64,000 bases of DNA. Origin: Bugula neritina. Its lineage: Eukaryota; Animalia; Bryozoa. The translations under genes and the position numbers were made by a program. The stretch lies in assembly GCA_964035545.1 (NCBI GenBank), contig OZ037766.1:6066722-6130721 (forward strand), in the 5' to 3' direction. This document shows, piece by piece, positions 26,201 through 36,479 of this stretch. Under the pieces are notes generated by a model, which made no database searches, was not told where the DNA came from, and worked only from the letters and a program-made list of their open reading frames with translations. Every line of letters begins with the position of its first letter. Within the stretch, counting starts at the first letter, position 1.

Positions 26201-28312
26201 GAGAGGGACCGCGTCGTCTGTCCACGCGCCCTCCGACGGGAACTGATCTGGGACACCCATAAGCAGGCTCATTCTGGAGTCAGTCGGGTCATCAGGTGTC
26301 TGCGGCTGCGTTGGTATTGGCCCGGAATGACTCGGGACGTACGACTGCGGGTACGGCAATGCGAGGTCTGCCAAGCTAGCAAGCATGGCCGCCCCACGGA
26401 AACCACTGGTCGACGCCGGCTGTACGCTGGTCGACCGTGGCAAGTAGTGGCGGTAGACCTCGTCGGGCCTATGCCGTTATCCGCCAGAGGGAACACCTGG
26501 ATACTGGTGCTCACGGACCACTTTACCCGGTGGGCGGATGCTCTGGCTATCCCAGACGCAACCGCCCCCACGGTGGCCCGGACCCTGGACCAAAATGTGT
26601 TCTGTTACCTCGGTTTGCCCGAGCAGATACATACGGACCAGGGCGCCCAGTTCCAGTCCCAGCTCATGGGAGACCTCTGCCGGATATGGGGGGTGAACCA
26701 GAGTCGGACCACCCCATATCACCCGCAAGGGAACGGAGTCGTCGAGCGGAACAACAGGATGTTGGGTGACGCCCTCAGGAGCCTGCTCCTTGGTCGAGGT
26801 CAGGAAGAATGGGACGTGGTGCTGCCGCAAATCATGCGGGCTTACCGCAGCACACCACACTCCGCCACGCAGGAGACCCCAAACTTCCTGATGCTAGGCC
26901 GAGAGACGCGGGTTCCGGAACACCTGACATACCATGTTCCTGCCCCCGAGTCACCGGTACACGAATATGTGGAGGGTCTGATAGACATCATGGGCAAAGC
27001 TCATGATGCACTGCGTACCCAGCAGTGGCAGACCCGCACAGAGGACTCGGAAGAGCCCCCGTTGTACCAAGTGGGAGACTGGGTCTGGATGGTGAGCTAC
27101 CGTAGGCGACGCGGACAGTCGGCTAAACTTCAGCCCAAGTTCGTCGGTCCCTACTGTGTAGTGGAGGTGCTGCCCAACCACACATACCGTGTGGAGCGCT
27201 CTGGACAGGTCTCGGTCCAGAGCGAGCAGCGCCTGAAGCCTTACCATGCCAGCCCAGACGCAGTGGGTGAGGCTCCACCCCTCCTGGAGCCCCACCGCCA
27301 GCCCAACCGTCGAGGACGGGCCACCCAGCCCCGAGAGGTGGAAATTGTGGTTCCCAGAGAGTCGGACCAGGAGCAGGCCGCCTTGATAGAGCAGCTGGAG
27401 CGACAGCAGAGAGAAGAGCGGGAACAGGAACAGCGGGAAGCCCTAGGACCACCACCCTCCCTGGGGGAGGACACCCCCACCCCCGTGTTGGGTGAAGGCG
27501 GGGACCCCCCTACTAGGGTAGCCCAGGAGCCACCAACACCACAGGTGCCTGTTCCAATTGAGAGGAGCCAGCGGTCAAGAAGACCCCCCAGGTATCTGGC
27601 AGACTATGCTGTAGGGCACCTGGAGTGGCCCCCTCATGAAGACAACCCACCCAGTACGGACGACCACCCCATCTTGGCTGGAAATTCCCTCCATCACCCT
27701 GGAGAATTCCACCAAGAAGAAGATTTCACACAGCTAGCACGTGAGTTACAGCTCAAGTTGAATTCTAATCCTGATACCCCTAAGTATAATTTAAACACTG
27801 TTATTCAGACACTAGCATCAGCTATGGGAGTTACCTCGCCAGATACCCAAACAGAGGAGCGTAAGGATACCGAGGAGGCCAGTCGATCCGACTCCCCTCC
27901 CCCACCAGCTCCTGTTTCGGCTCCCCGCAGCCAGCAGTACGACACCCCCTCTTCCGAGGTGTGTTCCGCCAGCGTTAGTGGCCCTGACCCCGAACCGGTT
28001 GAGCTCCAGCTCATAGCTGAGGAGGAGCAGGGCACTCTATACGGCGACCACCTCGCAGGCAGAGACGAAGAGGACTCTCCAATACTGGCAATGCCTCCGG
28101 CCCTGGTCGCCCGCCAGTATTGGATATCTGGAGCACCAGGCAACCAGATAGAAGAACAGACTCAGCCAACCCACCCACAATTGCCCCGTCACGGGCAGAG
28201 TATGGCACTTCCTTACCGAGAGTGCGTCCTGGATAGCGCAATCGAGGCCTGGTCCCATATCCTCGATCCAAGTACAGAAGAGATAGAAAGCCTGGTGCAC
28301 CACCTCCAATGA
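23210..28312 (+). CDS. pol: Pol polyprotein (protease, RT, RNase H, integrase with GPY/F motif, long C-terminal extension), reached by -1 frameshift
   Basis: FLLDTGC protease; RT YLDD; RNase H DTDAS; integrase HHCC (HKQAH...CEVC) and D,D35E core (VDLVG...TDQG...VVER); KFVGPY. The ORF track starts it at 23381, but the frame is open from the slippery site. Confidence 0.97.
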   Translation, partial: FKHPRLTVTSANRGPHANPIRDRTRRGEEETSTGSADTEWQRPRRSRRPQGLPDPPAVPLETRMQLEEAGWQAPRRSRRPQGLPDPPAWPLQNRFAGLPEEVVEEDSAYSQEYPKLPSRPQKTPVVSKTKRRPAVRTQVVSPPETDRSRSTQPYGSSYFLPGKISGKAATFLLDTGCTTNLLSRRLFDTLGARERASLEPYEGAHGTLADGSCIPFYGVISLPGRVRDQAIHETFIVSQLKEDAILGMPFLEKHQCHMDFQKSVVVMAGKELVCVDKFGRPLVGGVQVVRDCTVPGRSQATLRCRVNCKGIADLGVVEGTHGAIRLANSLNRLDCRQELLVQCINPFTEPVRLSAGALVGKYHSIQEADVGPALETVADTQGNPPHTRRGAVPEHMADLYDGACGNCTSSTERQVLAQLLAEYSDVFSRGDRDMGLTKVISHEIPLAAGTTPIRQPTRRLGPEKEKEVSRQVQDLLDRDLIEPAHGAWSSPVVLVKKKDGSWRFCVDYRRLNSVTIQDAYPLPRIDESLDALAGSKYFSTLDLLSGYWQVPLSPDAQDKAAFITRDGLWKWKVLPFGLTSAPATFQRLMEQVLSGLHWKTLLIYLDDVIVISPDFSTHVSRLREVFDRLRAAGLKLKPSKCALLQPEVTYLGHVVGRDGVATDPEKVQAVKEWTVPRDLPELRAFLGLVGYYRQYIPGFAGVAQPLNRLTAKGVRWQWTQEEQQAFDHLKQRLMEAPILAYPDPAQEYILDTDASEHSVGAVLSQVQGGSEVVVAYYSKTLAAAEKNYCTTRKELLAVVKAVKHFRPYLYGRTFRLRTDHASLIWLCKRAEPSSQVARWLEILAEFSYRIEHRAGRKHGNADGMSRRPVEDCKQCLHIEKRDGGPARLDVETELGEGAVYRWEHGHLRTETHSDDVQALHANPTLYQNVKELCRLQETLPGAVADIFRAKKEGRRPSEEQQRQGDVEFQLLCRRWDALKVSPDGLLMITLAADNRQQERDRVVCPRALRRELIWDTHKQAHSGVSRVIRCLRLRWYWPGMTRDVRLRVRQCEVCQASKHGRPTETTGRRRLYAGRPWQVVAVDLVGPMPLSARGNTWILVLTDHFTRWADALAIPDATAPTVARTLDQNVFCYLGLPEQIHTDQGAQFQSQLMGDLCRIWGVNQSRTTPYHPQGNGVVERNNRMLGDALRSLLLGRGQEEWDVVLPQIMRAYRSTPHSATQETPNFLMLGRETRVPEHLTYHVPAPESPVHEYVEGLIDIMGKAHDALRTQQWQTRTEDSEEPPLYQVGDWVWMVSYRRRRGQSAKLQPKFVGPYCVVEVLPNHTYRVERSGQVSVQSEQRLKPYHASPDAVGEAPPLLEPHRQPNRRGRATQPREVEIVVPRESDQEQAALIEQLERQQREEREQEQREALGPPPSLGEDTPTPVLGEGGDPPTRVAQEPPTPQVPVPIERSQRSRRPPRYLADYAVGHLEWPPHEDNPPSTDDHPILAGNSLHHPGEFHQEEDFTQLARELQLKLNSNPDTPKYNLNTVIQTLASAMGVTSPDTQTEERKDTEEASRSDSPPPPAPVSAPRSQQYDTPSSEVCSASVSGPDPEPVELQLIAEEEQGTLYGDHLAGRDEEDSPILAMPPALVARQYWISGAPGNQIEEQTQPTHPQLPRHGQSMALPYRECVLDSAIEAWSHILDPSTEEIESLVHHLQ

Positions 28313-28462
28313 TAAAACCGGACAACCAGGGGCCGCTGGCAATAGCCAACTGAGCTGTAAATGTTCTCGTGTTACGTGTGATTAATCATAATACCTTCCT
28401 GTTAACCGCATATTTTTCTACGTTTGTGTTTCATTTTTTTTGTGTGGAATCATTGTTTTGTT

Positions 28463-28495
28463 ATCGAAAAGGGATGCTTTTCGATGGGGGGAGAA
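28463..28495 (+). promoter_or_regulatory. Hairpin plus polypurine tract
   Basis: Perfect stem ATCGAAAAG/CTTTTCGAT (28463-28485), then GGGGGGAGAA (28486-28495) abutting the 3' LTR. Confidence 0.85.
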
Positions 28496-29062
28496 TGTGA
28501 TAGATTCTCATCCTCTACTGTTCTCAAGTAACTGCGTGTGTCAGTATTATAATTACTGTTGCGTATATTTTGAATGCTGTAATTGTAGCTAAGTTGCACT
28601 AGCTTTCTAATGCCTTGTTATTGTGATTAAGCTTTCAGTATAATGTAATTTTTATTAAATACGCATTTCCAGAGTTATTTTCCCTTTTTGCTATTTCATC
28701 GTTTTGCATTAATACTGATACTGGAAATTTGTGTAGCTTTTATGAATGCCTTCAATAGGTTGTTATTATAGCTAAATTCTTGGCCTATTGAATTATTCAT
28801 TCTCCTTTGTCTATTTTTCTTTTGTTACTGTCAAGCTTAACTTTCTTTTGTCTGTTGGAACATTCTAGATGTGAATTCTTGTGTATAAAAGCAGGCGAGT
28901 TTCCAGTGTAGCTTCAGACTACTACTGGAGCTCGCTGGTAGTAGGACCACATGAGCTGTATCTGATACAATAAAGGTTATCCTCATTTGTACTCAAATAC
29001 TTGGCTTATTCTTTCTAGAGCATGTAGGCACTAGTTGCATTCAGAACCCACAGTTTACTACA
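28496..29062 (+). repeat. 3' LTR (567 bp)
   Basis: Direct repeat of 21712-22278. Confidence 0.97.
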
Positions 29063-29520
29063 ATATTCAGATTGAGTTTTAGGATCTGCAATCAAAAATA
29101 ACTTGAAGTGGAATGTTTGTGACTAAAAGCTTTTAGAATAACAAATTTTCACATAAACTCAGCTAAAACAGCCATTTTTATTTTACATAGGTAGATAAAT
29201 GATATTATATTCTATGTAAGTTTTACTTACGAGACTGTGATTGATAGCTGCGTTCGTTCGCAACTCCCTGAAAACGTTGTTCTGATTGCGAAGGCTTTCT
29301 GGTGTGTGTCGCAAGTCATTGAATGTCACTAGTTGGGTTTCCCAAAAATTCCAGTGCGCAGTTTACTTGGAATTCAATAACATAATATTAAACGGGTAGT
29401 TGGTATTTAACGTATTTATTTCGTGCGAAACACAGCGGGAACTGGGGAATTTTCTCATTCGCTACGGTCTATACAACATGCGCATTATGTATGAAATTAG
29501 ATCAAAGGGTGCATTGGGAT

Positions 29521-29960
29521 CAGAGTGGTATATATTAGGAGTGTTGACATTAAAAAATCTTACGGAATTATATGGGCGCCATTATGCCGAGATTGGTACC
29601 GCGAGTTTATATAAGTTATAAAGGAAAAATTTTGCTACTTTTGTTGTTTTATTTTTTTTTTCTATTTTATGTGTACAATTTTTTTAGTTTTGTTTATTGA
29701 AAAAGTTTTTAAACACATTTTAATGCACATAAAATTAAAAAAAAATTAAAACTCACTCATGCACGTAAATACGAAGTTATAAAGTTTAAGCTTCGCTGTG
29801 ATTACAATGTGAATATGAATTGAATAATGCTTGCAATAACCATTTCACACAAAATACGTTACAAGGTGCTATAAATGTAAGACTAGTAAATTGGATGCAA
29901 ATAGGCACGGTGATATTACTTAATTTATGCTATTTTTGAAATTTGTAGTAAATATTTGGC

Positions 29961-30034
<74 letters not shown>

Positions 30035-30450
30035 CATGCCAAATATTTACTACAAATTATAAAAATAGCATAAATTAAGTAGTATCACCGTGCCTATTTG
30101 CATCCAATTTACTAGTCTTACATTTATAGCAACTGTAACGTATTTTGTGTGAAATGGTTACCGCAAGCATTATTTAATTCATATTCACATTGTGATCGCA
30201 GCGAAGCTTAAACTTTATAGCTTCGTATTTACGTGCATGATTGAGTTTTAATTTTTTTTAATCTTATGTGCATTGAAAATGTGTTTAAAAACTTTACCAA
30301 TAAACAAAACTAAAAAAATGTACACATAAAATAAAAGAAAATAACAAAAGTGGCAAAAATTTTCCTTTTCCTTATATAAACTCGCGGTACCAATCGCGGC
30401 ATAATGATTTTTTATGCTTTAAAGTCAACACTCCTAAATATACCACACTG
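29521..30450. mobile_element. Fold-back (palindromic) non-autonomous hAT-type element, 930 bp, with a central (TA)n
   Basis: Termini CAG...CTG; exact 8-bp TSD ATTGGGAT (29513-29520 and 30451-30458); ~440-bp imperfect inverted arms around (TA)n at ~29965-30030. Confidence 0.9.
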
Positions 30451-31355
30451 ATTGGGATCACTCGCAAAACCGCAACTGCGAATCCATTCCAGAGGTTCAT
30501 TTGAGAGAAATACCCATTCGCATAATGCGAAGTATGGGAACAGGTCATTCTTTTGCTTCAGAGGTAGAAGTCAGAAACTGTGTCTGCTAGTTACACAGCG
30601 TGTGTCAACAATAGTTTTTAACGTATACTGTGTTCTATGCTAAAGTGCAGTTCATTTATTTATCTTAGCTGCTATTACGTAGTTCAGATAACTATTAATC
30701 ATTTTGAATCTACATAATTTTTCTGTAAGCCAAAGCAAAGAAGGCTGCGATCATGAGACATGCAGATCTTTTAAAAGCTGCTGTCTACAAATATATATAC
30801 CATTATGCTCAACAATGACATTCTGTGATTATGTGAATTCAAGTTGTCAAGCATTGTGCATGTCGATGTAATGCAATCTTCTGCTGTAATGACAATAATT
30901 ATACATGCATTATATTATTCATATGTTTTCTAATTCATACTAGTAGTTGTCATATCATGTCTAAATATTAAGAGTATGTAACTTTTTTATTATTATAATC
31001 TGTGTGTGTGTCATGTAAATTATACTGAAAAAGAGTTGATGGGGAATATAGTGTTTAAATTATTTTCTATAGAAACTAAAAGAGGAACTTGATTCAATTT
31101 GATTTTAAAAAATGAACATTTGAGCCATGCGCAGTAACAGTGCATACTACCTAATAGACCACCTTAAATATTATGACATGATTGTACGTCTATTAAGAAA
31201 TTGTGCAAAATAATGGAATGTGATAACGTGTTTTAATATATTATAACATTACGAAAATAAGATATAGAAAACATTCAATTAATATATGCACTATGCAAAA
31301 AATGTTTGAAGTTGGTAATTACATTGAATATATTCTAATTATCTTGCAGTACGTA

Positions 31356-31594
31356 CAGTGCTCTCTCTCTATATCTTACGGCTCCATTTCTCATGCGATT
31401 CTATAGGTCACTGGAAGGGTTTGGACCCCCATTTTGTGGCTTATGTATGTGTGTATAGGAACAAAATGCCCGAAATTAATGAATCCGTAAGTTGATGGTA
31501 TTCTACTATGTCACGATTGAGGTTTCAGGACCAGTAGCTTAGTGAGATATGGAGGGTGCACTGTGTAGCTTAGTGAGATATGGAGGGTGCACTG
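31356..31594. mobile_element. Tc1/mariner-type MITE with a tandemly duplicated right end (31-bp duplication)
   Basis: TA|CAGTGCTCTCTC...ATATCTTAC on the left; GTGAGATATGGAGGGTGCACTG twice on the right (ending 31563 and 31594). Confidence 0.55.
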
Positions 31595-33047
31595 TGGCAC
31601 AATATTGCATGCTTTGGGAAGAACATAAGATAAGATATTATTGTAAAGACAGAGTCTAGCACTGCAAGTGAGTTTAATCTACACTAGTACTGAAATATTT
31701 TACATTAACACTGATCCCACTTGTTACAACTGATGAAGAAGTTTTACTGAAACTTTAACCATCAATTAATGAAAATCTTTTACAATGAGAAATTCAGTAT
31801 AAAAATAAATCAAATAAATAGTAAATTTGTATAAACCTCCTTATTGAATTTAGATTGAATCATTCTGTGTATGCTCAATTAGTTGACTCTCTCTTTATAA
31901 TAATTGATGCAGCAGCAAAATAAAAAAGTTAAAATACTTGTTGTGTACATCTGTATCCAAATATTATGCAGCTGATGCCCACATCAGATGTTTGCAATAT
32001 GTTTTTTTTTCAAATAAAAAAATATCAAAATGCAGAAGCATAATATAATCAAGTATATTTTAAAGCCCAAGCGCATAATTAGTGGCACAACTGAATTTTG
32101 AGCTCAGTGAACACATGCATTTGTAAATATATAAGTAATAGCACTCTCACGCCTTACAAACATTATAACATTATAGCTTGACGCTTAAAGTACAATTGTC
32201 AACCATGCTCATGTTTCACGGGGTGTTGGATTGTACCCATATATATTGTTAAAAGAAACAATTTGCAAATAGTCAGATTATCACATTGATAGAGGGTGTA
32301 AGTATTTCAGGCTGAAAATCCTAGCCCTAAGGCCTAACATATGCAGGTGACTACACCTAAAATACCATTAATATTATTTTGCTGCAGAAAAATTTCAAGA
32401 CCTGTCACATTGGAATGAAAGACTTAAAAAGGATGAGTAGCTTTGATAATTACTACTTAGTTTATTTGTAATTAGTAAAACATGTTTCCATGTTTTTGAT
32501 ACTACACAAAACCTAGTGGTCTTGGGTGAACATAAGTCACAAGTTGCAAAACAAAACAATTCAGGTACTAAAGCAGAAAAATACCAAAAGGCTACAATAC
32601 TGACAGCTTAGCAGCAATAACTTAATTTTGGTATTTTAGGTATTTCTACCACTGACCCAGCACAAGATATCCCTGAAATCGCGTGAGACAGCACATGTTG
32701 GCCGTCATTGAATGCATTGTTTGGGGGGGTCTCGAGTTTGGAGATCAAACAACAAATTCTGCATTCAGTCACTCCTCAACTGCTTGCTGCTTCTAATAAT
32801 TTCCAGCCATTGCAGTTCGTAGCCATCAATGACTCCAGTTTATTACACTAGAGTCGTCGTTACAGGCAAAAAGTTGGAGGATTTATTCGAAGAGGCTATG
32901 TACTGGTTTAGGCAGAGCTAGCGTGAACTTTAACCCTTTGAACAAAGCCAATCATAATTATGCACTACCTAAATTTAACCAATCGGGAAATATATCATTA
33001 CTAGATTTCGAGCCAACCGCCTGCATATAGATTATAGAACAACCTCT

Positions 33048-33200
33048 TTTTATAAGCAACTCCAAGTGGGGAGAGGATGACTGAGTGCCATAATTTGGAG
33101 TTGGAGGAGGTTCTATGGTCTAACTTAGACCCCCCAACTTCAAAACGTAGGATCTCAAATTGCTGCACCTAGTCACCCCCAACTCGGAGCTGCTTATAAA
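33048..33200. mobile_element. ~150-bp MITE family A, copy 1
   Basis: TIRs TTTATAAGCAACTCCAAGTGGGG / CCCCAACTCGGAGCTGCTTATAAA. Confidence 0.7.
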
Positions 33201-33294
33201 ATGATTCACCAAACTCGGATGGAGATCCAATATGAATACGAGTAACCCTAACCGTAGATTAGAGGACTGGGAGTAATTGTTTTGTTGGATCGAG

Positions 33295-33850
33295 ATACTG
33301 ATACTTATAGTCAGTGTTACTAGTACTGCTACTACTACTAGTACGAGTACTACTGCTACACTAGTAGTGACTAGTAATAATACTAATAATATTAATAACT
33401 ATAAGTTAAAGTAATACTAATAGTAATACTAAATCTAATACTAATAGTAATACTAATAGCCAATAGTAATACTAATAGTAATAGCAATACCCATACTGTA
33501 AGTGTGTTAGACTTAGTAATACTAACAGTGATACTAATATTGTAATACTATTACTAATAGTAATAGTAATACTACTACTACTAGTAGTACTAGTGATACT
33601 AATACTATTACTAATGGTAATACTAATTGCCGTAATACTCTAATAGTATTACTAATAACTAATACTAATAGTAATAAGTAATAGGGAAAATACTAATGCT
33701 AATAGTATAGCGTTAACTGTAGTTTGACTTTGATAATGATTATCTATCATTATTAGTATAAGTATCACCATTACAAATACCACCACTCTAACTCCAAGTC
33801 CATGCCTATCACTATCAGTGTCAGTATGATTATGAGTATGAGTATGACTA
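33295..33850. repeat. (ANT)n trinucleotide-periodic low-complexity tract
   Basis: Mosaic of AGT/AAT/ACT triplets. Confidence 0.85.
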
Positions 33851-35208
33851 AAACATTCACCGACCATGATAGTGGGGTATCCCATAGGCTATAGCCATTA
33901 TTTAAGGCATGAGACTAAGTCAAAGTGGCAAGCCTTATCTTAACCTATTAGTATTTATAATTGTTATCTTAATCTTTACATCTTATGATAAACCTTAGAC
34001 TTAAGAGTAAGGCTATGAGTACTAGTAGGCATAGGTCTTAGCGGGTGATGGCCCATGGCCATACCTATACTCATAGTCATACTCATAGACCATAGTGATA
34101 GGGATTAGCCGATAGGGCTAGGTTAGGAAACAGCATTATATTCATTAAATTTAATTATAATTGTTTATAATTATTTCTTACAATTATACTAATACTTTTA
34201 GTTATAATATAGTAGTAGTACTAGTAGTATTAGTATATGCTGTAGCTACTAGCTTCAAGGCTACACTGATGTTACTATTAGGTTATTATTTTTAATTCTT
34301 TTTGTTATTAATAAATATGATAATCATTGTAATTATCACCTAGTAGTTGTATCAGTATGGGCTTTAAATTTTACTTAGGAATATTTATTTCTAATTCAAT
34401 GTAAATCAGCTGAGCTGGGTAAAGGCGCAGCAAGTCAAACCAATTGTTAATGCCACCAAGCCATTCAAATGATGCCTATAATTATTAATGGCATCACTGT
34501 GACTGAGTATTATTCAAACAAAAACTGTCAATTATATGCTCATGTACAGGTCAAGTTAATTAATGACTTGAGTAGACTAATATTTAGCCAGTTCAAGAAG
34601 TTTTTGATCAAATCAATAAATATGAAAGTATCAAGTCGAATAATTTATAAAAAGTTTAAAAGCCTTATGTAGCATTAGCTTGCTATGGGAAGTGTTTTTG
34701 TAGAAGTACATAGATCATCTACATTTTCTGGATCTCATTTTAAGAGATTCATACTCACATATGTATATTAGTCTTTATATTTAGATTTTAGTTCAATATG
34801 TTATATATCATAATGATTTCCATATTTTCTTTTTTTTCCCCATTCCTATCCCGTGAAAAAAATAGAGCAAAGTTAGCTCAATAGTTGGTTATGTCAGGTC
34901 AACTGTTAACTTCAACCCTGCTTTAGTACTACATGTAAAGTAGAAAACAATTTATTTTCTGAATATTGGTTGTAAATAATGATTATGGTTTAGATCGAAA
35001 CTGATCCATTACTCATTTTTTCAACTTTTTAATATGTTGTTTTTAGATCTTCAGTTTAGTTTTATAAGTTTTGTGTACTTAACTCTTGCTGCAACAGTGT
35101 TTATGCTGTTTGTCATTATTTAGGAACATGTTGCAAGTGTTTTAGTGCTAGTTAATTCATTAATTTATTTATATTCTTACACTCTTTTATAAACTGGTTA
35201 TAGTCGCG

Positions 35209-35360
35209 TATATGCAGTATATATATTATATATGCAGTATATATATTATATATGCAGTATATATATTATATATGTAGTATATATAATATATATGTGTACG
35301 TATCTATGTATATGTATGTATGTATGTGTGTATGTATGTATGTGTGTATGTATGTATGAG
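35209..35360. repeat. ~22-bp TA-rich tandem repeat followed by (TATG)n
   Basis: Directly visible. Confidence 0.85.
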
Positions 35361-36479
35361 ATGTTTACGGAATTCAGATATGGTGCTCTTGCTGTTTCTA
35401 GTTGTGGCTTGAGATTCTGCAATTCTCCTGACAGTTAAAGCACATCTATAGAGTCTAGTGTGTTATGGTAAGTATCATATTGAGCTAATTAATTATAATT
35501 GATTAGTTGCATGACATATTATTAAAGCTTCGCAAGAATATACTCTCTTGGCCTGTAACAACATGAATTACAGTCAACCTTGACATTCATTATAAATAAA
35601 GTTATAACTTTATTTTAGAATTGTCTTCTCGTGTATCTTGCTTCTACAGAAAATTCTTAACACCTCGATGAATCAATTGTATATATATATTTTGGACAAA
35701 TTGATTCTTGTATATCATATATAATTATGATTCTAAGCCAATGTAAGTGAAGATTAAACCGATAACCATAAAGGAAACCTGCTGGGCATATTTTATAAGA
35801 TTTCGAATTGCATGAGTAAAGAAATTCTAGACTAGTGACCAATGTTGGAACATTTAAGACAGCACACTTCCATGAGGCTATGGTTTCAAAATACTGAGAA
35901 TTGAGCTTTTTCTCCCTTGTTATATAATCACTCAGATTATATTACTCACTATACTATGTAACTTTTATGTAACATTATCTATGCTTTATGTCGCTGAGCT
36001 ACCAGTGGTCCAGCATCGCTGCTAGTTTGCTAATCTGTTAACATACATTTTAATTAGCATATTACTAAAACAGTAATATAATTATAATATGCCGATATGG
36101 GGGAAAATGTAATCATTTATTCATAATTTAATTATCTAAGAGTAAGTTAGAAGCCCAGAGAAGCTTCATTGTACCTCATTGGTCTAAAAAAATTAAGCTC
36201 CACCCATCTCTCTGCTCGTCGAAACAGCTGAGCTTTATAACTATAGTTGGCTATTGGAGGTTATTCACTGGTAGCCTAAAGGACTATAGAAGGGCGACTA
36301 CAGTTTTCAGCCTAGTAGTTCTAGTTCATTGAGTAGGTATTCAGGTCATGAACTTGCAGGTAACACAGCGTGTGATTGTCAGTATATGCAAAAGTACGCA
36401 TTCAAAGTTTTGGAGTGCAGTGTTATATCAGTGACTTGTACTTCTAGTATACTAAAGCATCAGTTGAAGTTGTGATAAG

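Larger units (their letters stand above)
21712..29062 (+). mobile_element. Full-length Ty3/Gypsy LTR retrotransposon, recent insertion
   Basis: Two TG...CA LTRs (21712-22278, 28496-29062), ATAT TSD (21708-21711 and 29063-29066), PBS, PPT, uninterrupted gag and pol in PR-RT-RH-IN order. Confidence 0.98.

Noticed and set aside
22418-28349. Many short antisense and alternate-frame ORFs inside the retrotransposon; possible env gene
   Set aside because: Expected in GC-rich coding DNA; none has signal peptide/TM/furin architecture; no room for env between pol and the PPT.
33243-33253. TAACCCTAACC as a telomerase RNA template
   Set aside because: Flanked by a MITE and low-complexity DNA, with no pseudoknot or H/ACA context; at most a telobox-like motif.
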